Part shown: piece after piece, positions 11,001-19,223 of the stretch
How positions within the stretch are numbered: position 1 is the first letter of the stretch
Layout: every line of letters starts with the position of its first letter
IMG/VR virus record: IMGVR_UViG_3300020411_000483
Coordinates: 10,021 to 74,020 of that record
From: a virus
Strand: one strand, 5' to 3'
Length of the DNA: 64,000 nt
Notes under the pieces: generated by a model
Databases searched by the model: none
Told to the model about the DNA's origin: nothing
The model's input: the letters and a program-made list of their open reading frames with translations, nothing else
Made by a program: the position numbers and the translations under genes

Positions 11001-11489
11001 TGCAGCAAGAGTAGTTGGGTTTGAAGCATTTGTAATTCTACCTTTAGCATCAACTACTACTTTAGTATATGTCCCAGTAGGTGTTGCTGTGCCATCATAA
11101 TGAGGCAGAGTAGAAATAAGTGAAAGAGAAGTATTAAGCGTTAGGTTTGCACTACCATCAAAAACACCAGTAGCAGAAACGTCATCAGCTAATTGAAATT
11201 GTCTAGTTGAAGCAAGTCTTGAAGCAGTAGAAGAGTTACCAATAAGCGTTGAAGTAATTGTGCCAGCAGCAAAGTTACCGTCGGCATCTCGTTGTACTAA
11301 AGTATTTGCAGTGTTTGAAGTTGATTCTACTGGTCTCTCATAACGTAATGAGTTCCATGCGGTTACACCATCTCCGATTTTAAACCGACCAGTATCCAAC
11401 TCTATACCTAACTCACCTTGTGCTAGTGTAGGGTTGGCGTTTGCCCATTCTTGGGCACCACCTCGTCTTAATTGAATTCTATTTGCCAT
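5031..11489 (-). CDS. Long fibre protein (Mtd-N/hyaluronidase-like N-terminus; T/A/G-rich repeats) at the wac/fibritin position
   Basis: N-terminus MANRIQLRRG..QEW...NPTLAQGELGIELDTGRFKIGDG.TAWNSL; many fibre-type repeats; directly upstream of g13. Confidence 0.85.
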   Translation of the reverse strand: MANRIQLRRGGAQEWANANPTLAQGELGIELDTGRFKIGDGVTAWNSLRYERPVESTSNTANTLVQRDADGNFAAGTITSTLIGNSSTASRLASTRQFQLADDVSATGVFDGSANLTLNTSLSLISTLPHYDGTATPTGTYTKVVVDAKGRITNASNPTTLAAYGLDGTVEGSSAQPYDNDLIAVAGLTTTGLISRTSAGTMATRTITGTAQRIQISDGGGISANPTIDLITTAVTAAEYNAASLTSAGGSQTVNATNYTVDAYGRLTASATLPIATAVEGTTAAAYNAATTYSRDDKITNASKLYQAIAGISAGAGAPTHSDTSDAGSWRYLGAVTTQQKGLASFAQEDFDVSAAGHVSISAAGVDNTQLQNNKISFSDSNTKEDFSLDSEKTAATANKGFNYLNYVKVNNTSGALLFGANNTGDGGAGEIDVNVRSYFSDPDVTFDGGASQTIDKTGDGNFTIQSTQNSSNARTFNLGVTNSGAGSSTLNITAEDLVDIKATEGTNGKVHVEGTKFQADYIGSTGATLHLDPGDDRAVSGTCRIHGDLQVDGTTTTVNSTTMQVDDVILTLGGDTAPTSDDNKDRGVEFRYYDSQARIGFFGYDDSASDLGGHTGAFSFLYNATNTSEVFSGTDAGIIAGNLKLTTNTNSTSNTTGDLVVAGGAGIGQAVNIGGLLDVDGTFRANSTSRFDDNIVFQGASKTFELKNGSGTTKTTFHTTTGNAEIGGVLTNTGNIDANANLNVASLVYFESTDEPNVALNNSTNLYEIQSSDYGALRCDGGGYFAKDVLFNNDIYLNGNFNQRDSGTESWGLRNWLQVRYKFRVGSSVAYNPTYATHNTSNLRVYGGGGIAQNLHIGATGSGEGLFVGKKNSGDTVKFSVLGATGNTEIQGTLDVTNGVDFDSTLNVDGGATFQDNVTINADNKFFKVQNNSSADKFTIDTDNGNTVVAGDLTVNGAGDFDTTLNVDGNATFQSNVNINGDGKMFTIENNAGADKFTVDSDNGNTVIAGTLDVTSAVGIDGNFDIGTNKFTIAAATGNTVIDGTLTVDEAVTITSGVLINDANKTLTVQNGSAVTKFEVDTDNGNTNIIGTLTVGDATQINDTFGTSGVNTHTNNTEQTLTGSYAADGAARFSGGIGLAKNLAVGGGARVYGNTELTGTLDLNNSADISGNLVVSNTDEATSLADGSVALQVAGGATIDKNTYVGGDFIVYDSANTRNAFMVDVSTGDATLHNDMTVGGNLIVNGTTTTVNSTVTTLDDPVITLGGDTAPSSDDAKDRGVEFRYYDGSAKIGFFGFDRSSQQFTFLTTVTNTAEVMAGTDGALRVGSINVTGAGTSVDIDNNANIDGTLTVDGQIISQVSSGPALVIPTTDKINNLNADLLDGMTTATANTASTVVNRDASGNFAAGTITAALTGNASTATTLQTARNIAVAGAVSGTVAFNGSADVSITTTFVDADITALAGMSGTGYVVRTAANTYAQRTLAVTANSGVTLTNADGVSGNTTINVASTASNSANNLVLRDGSGNFAAGTITATLTGNVTGDLTGNADTATQVKTIQGSGNASYYPTFVNSDNGSATAETVYTDAGITYNPSTNTLSATNIVGTLTGDVTGDLTGNADTATTLETARNIGGVSFNGSADINLPGVNAAGNQDTSGTAAIATTVTLADESTDTSCNVLFATGATGNLAPKTGTNLTFNSATGILTATGFAGPITGNVTGDATGNAGTATKLATARTIGGVSFDGSANINLPGVNAAGSQDTSGNAATATALATARTIGGTSFDGSANITPATATQAANLTNHNTGGLAEGTNLYYTEARVQAKLDNAYEQLRAMLNNLATSTTLTLNLSGDPTPGSVVTLGSISNDGVGGFSNGTGVATTGGTGSGLTVDTTTVGGVITAIALNAAGSGYLIGDTLSIANPNAGGVKTFNNATLTAGTGYASGTNISATGGDGSSLTVDITASSGGITGVTVNTAGSGYAAGNTITIANANASGVKTLGSISAGGSGYSNATGVATSSSGSGTGLTVDITTSAGAVTGVTINNDGSGYAASEVITISGGGGNATIPVSAIHGNGATIDIATVFVNATFALSDITTMEVGATVTGGTSGTTAVITALGTNAITVDNVDGFFKKGETVGANDVTNLTISSFA
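6100..11230 (-). repeat. Intragenic repeats in the fibre protein
   Basis: About 5 copies of TAT.L.TAR.I.G..F.GSA.I; several FT.D.DNGNT.I.G.L.V; two copies of LGGDTAP.SDD.KDRGVEFRYYD...IGFFG.D (about 9680-9790 and 7590-7710); three RD..GNFAAGTIT. Confidence 0.8.
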
Positions 11490-11523
11490 TTTGTTAGGAC
11501 AACGCTAGTACTTGCTTCCAAGT

Positions 11524-11531
11524 TATTTATG
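11524..11531 (-). promoter_or_regulatory. Late promoter CATAAATA for the fibre/neck genes
   Basis: ATAAATA core just downstream of a terminator and about 35 nt upstream of the fibre ATG. Confidence 0.7.
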
Positions 11532-11536
11532 TCATT

Positions 11537-11558
11537 AAAAAGGGGGACTTACTCCCCC
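11537..11558 (-). terminator. Intrinsic terminator
   Basis: GGGGGA-GTAAG-TCCCCC followed by TTTTT on the minus strand; the loop contains the stop codon of the 11549-11779 ORF. Confidence 0.8.
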
Positions 11559-11779
11559 GTGACTATTTCGTCTGTTACGTTAGTGTTTTCAGGTTCTTCT
11601 GGTTTCTCTATAAAGTAATCCAGTGTCTCTAAAGCACCTTGTAATTTCAGGGCAGTAACTTCATTTTCTCTAATTTTTGCAGCCAATTTTTTGTTTTCTT
11701 CTAGCAAGGCAGTGTACCTTGTTTGAAACTGTGACTGCATTTCCTCTTGGGAAACCTTTTCAACTGGTTGGTCTGTCAT
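11549..11779 (-). CDS. Small coiled-coil hypothetical protein
   Basis: Heptad pattern LLEENKKLAAKIRENEVTALKLQGALETL; tightly packed in the operon. Confidence 0.75.
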   Translation of the reverse strand: MTDQPVEKVSQEEMQSQFQTRYTALLEENKKLAAKIRENEVTALKLQGALETLDYFIEKPEEPENTNVTDEIVTGE

Positions 11780-11996
11780 GATCTTTAGCTAACGTTAGTA
11801 ATAAGGATTTAATTTCACCCAATTCAGATTTTAACTCAGAAACATCATTTTGTAAAGTGTTAATCTTCTTTTCTTTAGCCTTCTCAGCATTTACTCCTGC
11901 CATATATTTTAAATATGCTGATTGATTTCCTAAATCAACCCCTCCAGAGTCGGTATCTTTAAACCATCCCTGTAGGTCTTTCACTGGCACTTTCAT
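11760..11996 (-). CDS. Hypothetical protein with C-terminal coiled coil
   Basis: TAATG overlap with the upstream gene; INTLQNDVSELKSELGEIKSLL. Confidence 0.75.
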   Translation of the reverse strand: MKVPVKDLQGWFKDTDSGGVDLGNQSAYLKYMAGVNAEKAKEKKINTLQNDVSELKSELGEIKSLLLTLAKDHDRPTS

Positions 11997-14900
11997 TAGA
12001 TTGCTAAAGCGATTCCTCTAAAGTCTTTAATTACAGGACTGTATGCTTGACTTGGTGAAGCGAATACAATCTTAATCTGGAATTGGTCAAACGACAAACC
12101 AGAAACCTCATATTCATAATCCTTAAACACGTAGTTATCAGTTGTACCAGGTACTATCTGATTAGCGGTAGGGAAGAATTCAAACCCGAATTTTTCAATT
12201 GGGTCAGTGTTTCCAGTTGGACGCACTCTATATAGGACTCTAATAATAGCATTAGTTGGGCGGAAAGCCGCAAACATTGCTTTAATAGCACCAGAAGAGT
12301 TTGTCAATGTAGCAGTTCTTGTTATATAAACTGCTTCATGCTCATCACCAGTAGAAAGTTTAGCAGAATCTATATTACTTGGGTTATTAATTCGGTTAGA
12401 AACTAATACTGCACTCATCCTATCAGTATCAATAATAGGAGAAACGTTAGTTGCTGTTGTCTTTAAGTTTAAATCTAACCTTAAAGACTTCTCACCACTC
12501 AATTCTTCAGATTCATTAATCTGTGAACAAATCAGTTTAGGTGAGGTCAACTGATTGTTGTTTTGTATTAGAAGGTCATAGAAGATTCCATCATTTGCAA
12601 AAGAACCAGATAGTGATGTTGCACCATCGTTAATAGATGTGCCACTAATAAAGTTTGCTCTTGCTGTAATAGAAGTCTTAGGTAGAATCATCCTCTGGAT
12701 TTGAGGAACGATATTCTCAAACTGTAAGTTTTGAGTAGCAGTTGCATTTGCACCACCACCTCTAATACCTACATCACCAAGAGATGTAACTGCAATTTCA
12801 TAAGAATCCAATGTAGGATTCTGAATAGCAGCATGTGTCTTATTCAATTCTGGTAAAGGAATACCATCAAGGTTATAACATGACACTACAGACTCATCTG
12901 CATGAGATGCAGCAGTTGTATTATCTTGTGCTCTTGCTTGAATAGTCATTGTCTTACCATCATTAGAGATAGCAGAGTATGACATTATTTCAGTACCAAT
13001 CTTAATAAATCCTACGTTAGATGCACTAATTGCTTGTCCATTAATTGTCTTATGGAATGCACTAGCATCATTAACTGTTATGGATGTATCTGTTGCTGAA
13101 ATAGCAGCAGTTAGATATGTATCACTAATCTCAGATATCAAACCTGTCAATGTGACATTGTTTGAGATGTCATGCATTGCATGATTAGTATGATACACCT
13201 TAATCTTCCTTTGATCAGTAGTATATGTTGGTGTAACGTCAGGGAATGCATCGGAAATTGCTCCAGTCTCTACAGCGTCACCAGATGGAGTGAAGACATT
13301 AACAGTTGCAGTCTTACCAGATGTGCCACCTGTTATAACTTCAGTTGAGTTGGTAAAGTCATCAGAGACAGATGTCAATGCAAACGTTGCTGCACCACCA
13401 CCATTGTCTGTCCAAGTACCTACAACAGCAGTTGGAGCACCAGAGGAGTTACCAGTAATGGTTTCTCCAACAGTAAATGCACCAGATGCACCTGTTACAG
13501 TCATTGCAGCAGTTGTCTTAGATGATACGATACGGTTAGTTACGGTACCACCAGCAGAAGAACCTTGTGCAAATGTACCTGAGATATTATCTAATGTAAT
13601 AGCAACACCAGCAGTTAAGGTTTCAACTTTAACAATTGTACCTTCTGCAAGAGTTGTCTTCTGATAAACTCTAGCACCAACAGTATATGGTAGTGTTGTA
13701 GAGTTAAGTACTAAACGAATTTGAGGTTGGAAAGTTTCAATAGGATCTCTTCTCAGTGCTAATACACCTTTATTACCAACACCTAGTTTAGCGTTGTTTA
13801 ATGTAACCTGAGTATTACCACTATTATCGAATTCTGCTCTATAGATACTAAACTTCAAATCTTCGTATTGGTCAGCAGTCCATGTAGATGCGTTTTGTGA
13901 TTTGAATAACACACCAGCATATGGCTGCTCAGATATAGTCCTGTCTCCAGTAATATCTAACTCACCCATTCGAGATATCCAAACCTGATATGAGTTGGAG
14001 TCAGAGAGCAATACGAAACAATGCTCTTGAGACTGAGGAATATAAACTGGTGCTCTGAATGTAAACTTAGTAGCAACCGCACCAACTTCAGATAACTGAA
14101 CTTGTGATGGGTTTAAAGTTGTATCAGAGAATGGAAGAATGGTCTTCGTAGGATAACCATTTTCCATAGTCCTTATCTGCATTGAGATAGGGATGTTTGT
14201 ATCTTTTGTATTGAAGTAAACGTCAACAGAAGTTAGATATACACCACCTTCTTCGTCACAAATAAATGATTGTGCAAGAGGGTCATACCAACCAATCTGT
14301 CTTGTCTCTGTCCTAGTGGTATTAATAACTCTTTCTTCTGTTACTGTATCACGGACAACTTCAGCATTTCTTATAGCAAGAATATTTTCTTGGACTGTAT
14401 TTAATGTACCTGTTGCTGAGTATTCAGTTTCAGCAGATGAATCTACTGTACCAGCAAGTCTACTATCTGAATCAGATGTAGTAAAACGTAATGTCCTACT
14501 ACCAGTAGCCCAACGTGGGTTAGTATTTACACCTGGATTTGGAATAAAGAATGACCCAGAGAATTGACCTAATCTATCAGAAAGGACTCTTCTATCTTTA
14601 ACAACTGCTTTAGCACCTGAAGCACCTGTTAGAATCTCACCAACTTGCATATTACCATAGTAATCACCAACTGCTTGCTCTGCAAGAGAGTCAAGGTCGA
14701 TGTTTAGATATGCAGTAGTTGATGCATATGATGTAGCAGTTGCAGTATCATCATATGGACTGTATTCAAACTTATCATTAGGTGCTGCAACTTTAAATCT
14801 TACACCACTTGTCTCACCTACAACGGTTTCTCCAATAACAAATGGAGTTGAGTTTGTCCTAGCATCCACAGCAGGATCCTTAACTAACTCAATAATCTTA

Positions 14901-17900
14901 GGCATTATATAACCATCTATATTTGTGCCATCAAAGAATGTGAAGAATTGAGTCCTAGGCTTCATACGGACAACATTCACAGCAAGGTTTCTTGACCTTA
15001 CCCAAGGTATAGTAGTTGCAGATATAAGTCTATCACCCTGTGATACTCTATCAATCCTTGGTACAACTCTAGTCCTAATACCTTCTCTTGACTGACCTGC
15101 ATTAACTCTAATCGTAGTAACTCTGTTAATACGACGCATACCACGACCATCCCATACATCAGGTCGAGGTGACTTACCAATATCTTCTGCTATCCAATGC
15201 TGGTTATGTACAACCTCAGAGGAAATAACTTCTTCATCACCACCCCAGTTAGTCTGCCATGATCCCCACTCAATAGGTAACATTCCATTCTGGTCAACAC
15301 CTAATTCACCAGATACTTGTTGGAAATCACCCTCAGTTGGGATAACTCTTTCAGGTAGTCTTTCAGTATCAATCCAATCATCAGATGATGGAGTTAAATC
15401 AATACGTCCAATATATGTGAAGACGTTAAATGGGTTAACGTTTTCAACTCTGGAAGCATAAGGTTGGTCAATGATTTTAAATTCTGTATAAGGTAACGAG
15501 ATTAGTGGACCAGTTACCTGATAGTTTGTTGATAATGTAGTATTAAGTATTAAGGCAACGTTAGTTGTATAGTGAGATGCTCTACAAATACCTTCTCTAA
15601 AGTCTAATGAAGCACCAAAATCTTCATGGGATGTATCTGACTTACTATGATCTGCAAAGTCATCAACAATAAATCCATTTTTGAAACGATCCTTACCAGT
15701 AGAATCTACAATAGTAGTATTGAAAGTATCAGTTTCAAGCATGTTGAGTGAAGTATAATACTCAACTTGGTCTAATCTACGCTCAAGAGCACCAATGTCT
15801 CTCATAGTATAGCGTCTATTATCAGACCTCTTAATTACGGTATCGTTATCATCTCCAAATCCATATGGTCTATGCTTAAGGGTAGCAAGATGCATACCAT
15901 CTTTTAGACTATCTGGGTCTTGTGGTTCAGATGATGACTTACCTTTAACAATCTGGAATTCACCATTAGGAAGTAAGAATATCTTATCAGTCCTAGGTAG
16001 ATACCAATCAAAGTCACAACGGAAATCACTATCTAACTTAGGAATATCAAAGATAGTAGAGTTAGTTGTGCCACCAATCGTGAATACTCTTGACTTAAAG
16101 TCAAAAGTAGAGCAGTTTACATATGCAGGAGTATTAATTGTACCTGCATCACTATAAAGATTCTTAGCACCTGGTCTCCAATCTAAGTAATCTGCCAAGA
16201 AGTTGACATTAAAGAATGGAATATCTGTATATGCTGTATTAAGATATGATTGACCAGAGAAGTAATCACCTGTAGAAGAATGCTGATAGAAATCACAAAC
16301 AATCTTCAACTGACGAATTGGTTTTGAAACACCTTTCTTACGAATACATCTTGCTGTATCGTATATAAATCCTGTCTGACCATCTTCTAAGTAGAAGTTG
16401 TCAGTAACAACTTTAGATCCTTTAACAACTGATGCTGCACCGTCATTGATAATACCAGTGATTGCATTTCCTGCACTATCTTGACCAGTAATAGTTTCAC
16501 CTGGTACAAACTGAGTATCACCAACATAAACAAGACTTAGTTTCAAACTTGCAGATGCAAATTCAACAACCTTTGCTCTTGCTGCTGATGTTCTACCTGT
16601 AACGATAGTATTAGTAGCAAAGAATACTGGCTCAACTAGAGTTACACTTGGTACAACTGCTTCATTATCATCATATGATTCGTAGATAGCATGTAATCTA
16701 TATGCATCAACTAAACCTAATGATATATCTTTATCTTCAATTCTTGTGCCATACAGTGTGGAGAATGTCAAACCATACTGAGGCTTATCGAGACTTCTAA
16801 TTGTCTTATTAACTTTCAAGACAAACATCTCTTTCATTGATTTTGTCTTCTTAGTAGTTACGTTCTTAGATACTGTTGCTGTAACTTTAATAGAAGTAAT
16901 GTTTGTTAGGTTAGCAATCGATAGAGTAGTCCTATCAGATGTTGTGAATGTGCAATAACCTACACTACCAGAGTTAGTAGTGTTAATAGCAAGTTGGTCA
17001 CCTACAGGGTGTGTGCTATTACTACCTGCTAATACAGTAATATTATAATGCTCTTGGTCTAATGCAACAAACTGCTCATTCTCAGGTAGAGTTATTGATA
17101 CAGCATTTGAAGCAACAGTTTGTGCATCAAATGTCCTTCTAACAATAGATGATTCGTCAGAAATACTCTTGATGTATTTCTTAGGCATTGGACTGAATAG
17201 GTCAGCATTATCAATACCTTGTAATTTACCACGGTATCTAACCAATACTGTATATTCTCCAGCAGAAGGGGCAGCAGCACCAGCACCAGGAGTTACATTA
17301 GCAGTCTGGTTACCATAATTAAATATGCTAGACATACCAGTAGAACTTAAACTACCTGGAGTTACCTTATCAATATCAACATACTTAGTTGAGCTAAAGT
17401 AAACTCTATCACCAGGACGTAAGTCAATAGCGAAGTTAGAGTTTAAACCAGTAATCTTTTCAGAACCACCAGTAGCATCATAAGTGAATGAGTCACCTTC
17501 TAGTCTAAGAATATCTTCAAGAACCAAGTCAGCAGTAAATTCAACTGCACTTGTGCTCTCATCTCTTGTAAGTAACTGACGAGTGTCAGAGAACTTATAA
17601 CTATGGACATCAGCAATGGTGTCAACATTTTCACCATTGAGTAAAAGCATCTCTCCTTTTACGAATGTACCTTCTACTTGATATAAAATCCAATCATCAT
17701 TGGATGATACTGTGTTAACAATATATCCTCTTGCACCAGATGTACCACCTACAAGTATTGACCCTTGGTCAACTGACTTAGCAGATGATAGAGTAACCAA
17801 AGTAAACATCTGTACATCAAAGATGTTTATCTTATATTTGTCATCAGGGTTACCGAAAGTATTATCAGGGTCTTCAACATGCTCAATAGCAGCAGTACGA

Positions 17901-19222
17901 GCATATCCAATAAGATTACCTTGCTGGTCACCAGGAGTACCTGAATAAGTATCACGCAACTCAATAACTTGATAGTTATTTTGTACAGTAGAACCTGTTA
18001 GATTAGGGAAACCATACATGTTGTTAATTCTTGCCCAGTTACCCAATTCAAATGGAATGATTTTGTTTTGTACTGAGTCTGTATCCCTTGGTTTTTCTAA
18101 GTCAACATAAGTTGGGGATAACGTTTTAATTCTATAACCTCTAACATAAGCAAGACCTGGACCTAACTCTACTGAAAATAGATTCTCAGCAGCAGTTACA
18201 CCACCAGAAGTAGTCTGACCAGTAGTATAAACACCATTATTAAAACCATCAGAGAGGTTTTGTCTCATGGTGATCTGGAAATCAGATACAACATAGTTGC
18301 CAGATTCTTCGTATGTCCTTAATGCTAATGATTTCTCTAACTCATCATAAGCTGAACGGTCAACGAGTTTCTCAATCTTAGACCCATTGATACGAAGTAA
18401 TTCAATGAAATCTTTATCTGCGTCGTCTGTTAAAAGTTTCTTATTTAATTTTGTGGTTATTCGGAACCTATGAGCACCAGGAGCAGCATAATTAGATGTG
18501 CCTGCTGCGTTATCATTGAGTGATAAGTCATCTTCGGGGGTGATGATAGACTCTTGGATGTCAAGTCCGACTCGATAGGATGGGGTGTTTCCATATTGAT
18601 CTAATAAAATATACTGATAAGGTACGTCTACAAAGAAACCACGAATGTAGTAGACACCTGTTTGGACATAAGCAACACTACCAGTTTGTAATGCAGCAGT
18701 AGGAAGTAATTGTGCAAATGGTGAACCAATCTCAATTAGAGTTGTACCAAATGTAATTTCCTTCTCTGTAATTAACTGCTCGTTATTGGAGAATGTTCCT
18801 TGGTCATTTTTTGTACCACCTGATTCGATATACTTAACGTAGATAGTAATATATCCTTTATCTGAATCGGTAGATGAAATACTATATAATACTTTTGCTC
18901 TAACACCAGATGTTAGACCTTCTATAATTAAACCGTCTAATTGAGACCTATAATTTTCAACTTCTGCTCCTAAGAAACTCTCCTGTAGCATGATACAATC
19001 GACATTCAGGTCATAACCAACTTGACCTGGAATAACCATTGCACCATCTTTAAAGAGATGACCACCAATGTTTTCTATCTGGTTTTGTAAGATGGACTGT
19101 GAAGTAGTTAACTCTCTAGCTTGTATCGGGAAGCCAGGGCGATATAACACTCGATAAAAGTTTTTACTTTTATCAAAGTCGTCATAATAGGGAGTGACGT
19201 TTAGGTTGGTATTCTGTGCCAT
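11996..19222 (-). CDS. Large virion structural protein (DUF4815/VrlC-like)
   Basis: N-terminus TNLNVTPYYDDFD..KNFYRVLYRPG.PIQARELT..QSILQNQI; APGAHR; RYTMRDIG.LE.R; DPLAQSF; SQNASTWT.DQYEDLKF. Confidence 0.88.
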   Translation of the reverse strand: MAQNTNLNVTPYYDDFDKSKNFYRVLYRPGFPIQARELTTSQSILQNQIENIGGHLFKDGAMVIPGQVGYDLNVDCIMLQESFLGAEVENYRSQLDGLIIEGLTSGVRAKVLYSISSTDSDKGYITIYVKYIESGGTKNDQGTFSNNEQLITEKEITFGTTLIEIGSPFAQLLPTAALQTGSVAYVQTGVYYIRGFFVDVPYQYILLDQYGNTPSYRVGLDIQESIITPEDDLSLNDNAAGTSNYAAPGAHRFRITTKLNKKLLTDDADKDFIELLRINGSKIEKLVDRSAYDELEKSLALRTYEESGNYVVSDFQITMRQNLSDGFNNGVYTTGQTTSGGVTAAENLFSVELGPGLAYVRGYRIKTLSPTYVDLEKPRDTDSVQNKIIPFELGNWARINNMYGFPNLTGSTVQNNYQVIELRDTYSGTPGDQQGNLIGYARTAAIEHVEDPDNTFGNPDDKYKINIFDVQMFTLVTLSSAKSVDQGSILVGGTSGARGYIVNTVSSNDDWILYQVEGTFVKGEMLLLNGENVDTIADVHSYKFSDTRQLLTRDESTSAVEFTADLVLEDILRLEGDSFTYDATGGSEKITGLNSNFAIDLRPGDRVYFSSTKYVDIDKVTPGSLSSTGMSSIFNYGNQTANVTPGAGAAAPSAGEYTVLVRYRGKLQGIDNADLFSPMPKKYIKSISDESSIVRRTFDAQTVASNAVSITLPENEQFVALDQEHYNITVLAGSNSTHPVGDQLAINTTNSGSVGYCTFTTSDRTTLSIANLTNITSIKVTATVSKNVTTKKTKSMKEMFVLKVNKTIRSLDKPQYGLTFSTLYGTRIEDKDISLGLVDAYRLHAIYESYDDNEAVVPSVTLVEPVFFATNTIVTGRTSAARAKVVEFASASLKLSLVYVGDTQFVPGETITGQDSAGNAITGIINDGAASVVKGSKVVTDNFYLEDGQTGFIYDTARCIRKKGVSKPIRQLKIVCDFYQHSSTGDYFSGQSYLNTAYTDIPFFNVNFLADYLDWRPGAKNLYSDAGTINTPAYVNCSTFDFKSRVFTIGGTTNSTIFDIPKLDSDFRCDFDWYLPRTDKIFLLPNGEFQIVKGKSSSEPQDPDSLKDGMHLATLKHRPYGFGDDNDTVIKRSDNRRYTMRDIGALERRLDQVEYYTSLNMLETDTFNTTIVDSTGKDRFKNGFIVDDFADHSKSDTSHEDFGASLDFREGICRASHYTTNVALILNTTLSTNYQVTGPLISLPYTEFKIIDQPYASRVENVNPFNVFTYIGRIDLTPSSDDWIDTERLPERVIPTEGDFQQVSGELGVDQNGMLPIEWGSWQTNWGGDEEVISSEVVHNQHWIAEDIGKSPRPDVWDGRGMRRINRVTTIRVNAGQSREGIRTRVVPRIDRVSQGDRLISATTIPWVRSRNLAVNVVRMKPRTQFFTFFDGTNIDGYIMPKIIELVKDPAVDARTNSTPFVIGETVVGETSGVRFKVAAPNDKFEYSPYDDTATATSYASTTAYLNIDLDSLAEQAVGDYYGNMQVGEILTGASGAKAVVKDRRVLSDRLGQFSGSFFIPNPGVNTNPRWATGSRTLRFTTSDSDSRLAGTVDSSAETEYSATGTLNTVQENILAIRNAEVVRDTVTEERVINTTRTETRQIGWYDPLAQSFICDEEGGVYLTSVDVYFNTKDTNIPISMQIRTMENGYPTKTILPFSDTTLNPSQVQLSEVGAVATKFTFRAPVYIPQSQEHCFVLLSDSNSYQVWISRMGELDITGDRTISEQPYAGVLFKSQNASTWTADQYEDLKFSIYRAEFDNSGNTQVTLNNAKLGVGNKGVLALRRDPIETFQPQIRLVLNSTTLPYTVGARVYQKTTLAEGTIVKVETLTAGVAITLDNISGTFAQGSSAGGTVTNRIVSSKTTAAMTVTGASGAFTVGETITGNSSGAPTAVVGTWTDNGGGAATFALTSVSDDFTNSTEVITGGTSGKTATVNVFTPSGDAVETGAISDAFPDVTPTYTTDQRKIKVYHTNHAMHDISNNVTLTGLISEISDTYLTAAISATDTSITVNDASAFHKTINGQAISASNVGFIKIGTEIMSYSAISNDGKTMTIQARAQDNTTAASHADESVVSCYNLDGIPLPELNKTHAAIQNPTLDSYEIAVTSLGDVGIRGGGANATATQNLQFENIVPQIQRMILPKTSITARANFISGTSINDGATSLSGSFANDGIFYDLLIQNNNQLTSPKLICSQINESEELSGEKSLRLDLNLKTTATNVSPIIDTDRMSAVLVSNRINNPSNIDSAKLSTGDEHEAVYITRTATLTNSSGAIKAMFAAFRPTNAIIRVLYRVRPTGNTDPIEKFGFEFFPTANQIVPGTTDNYVFKDYEYEVSGLSFDQFQIKIVFASPSQAYSPVIKDFRGIALAI

Positions 19223-19223
19223 C

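Noticed and set aside
11300-11489. Mtd-like N-terminus suggesting a diversity-generating retroelement
   Set aside because: No reverse transcriptase and no TR/VR pair differing at adenines was seen in the window; this domain is a common fibre anchor.
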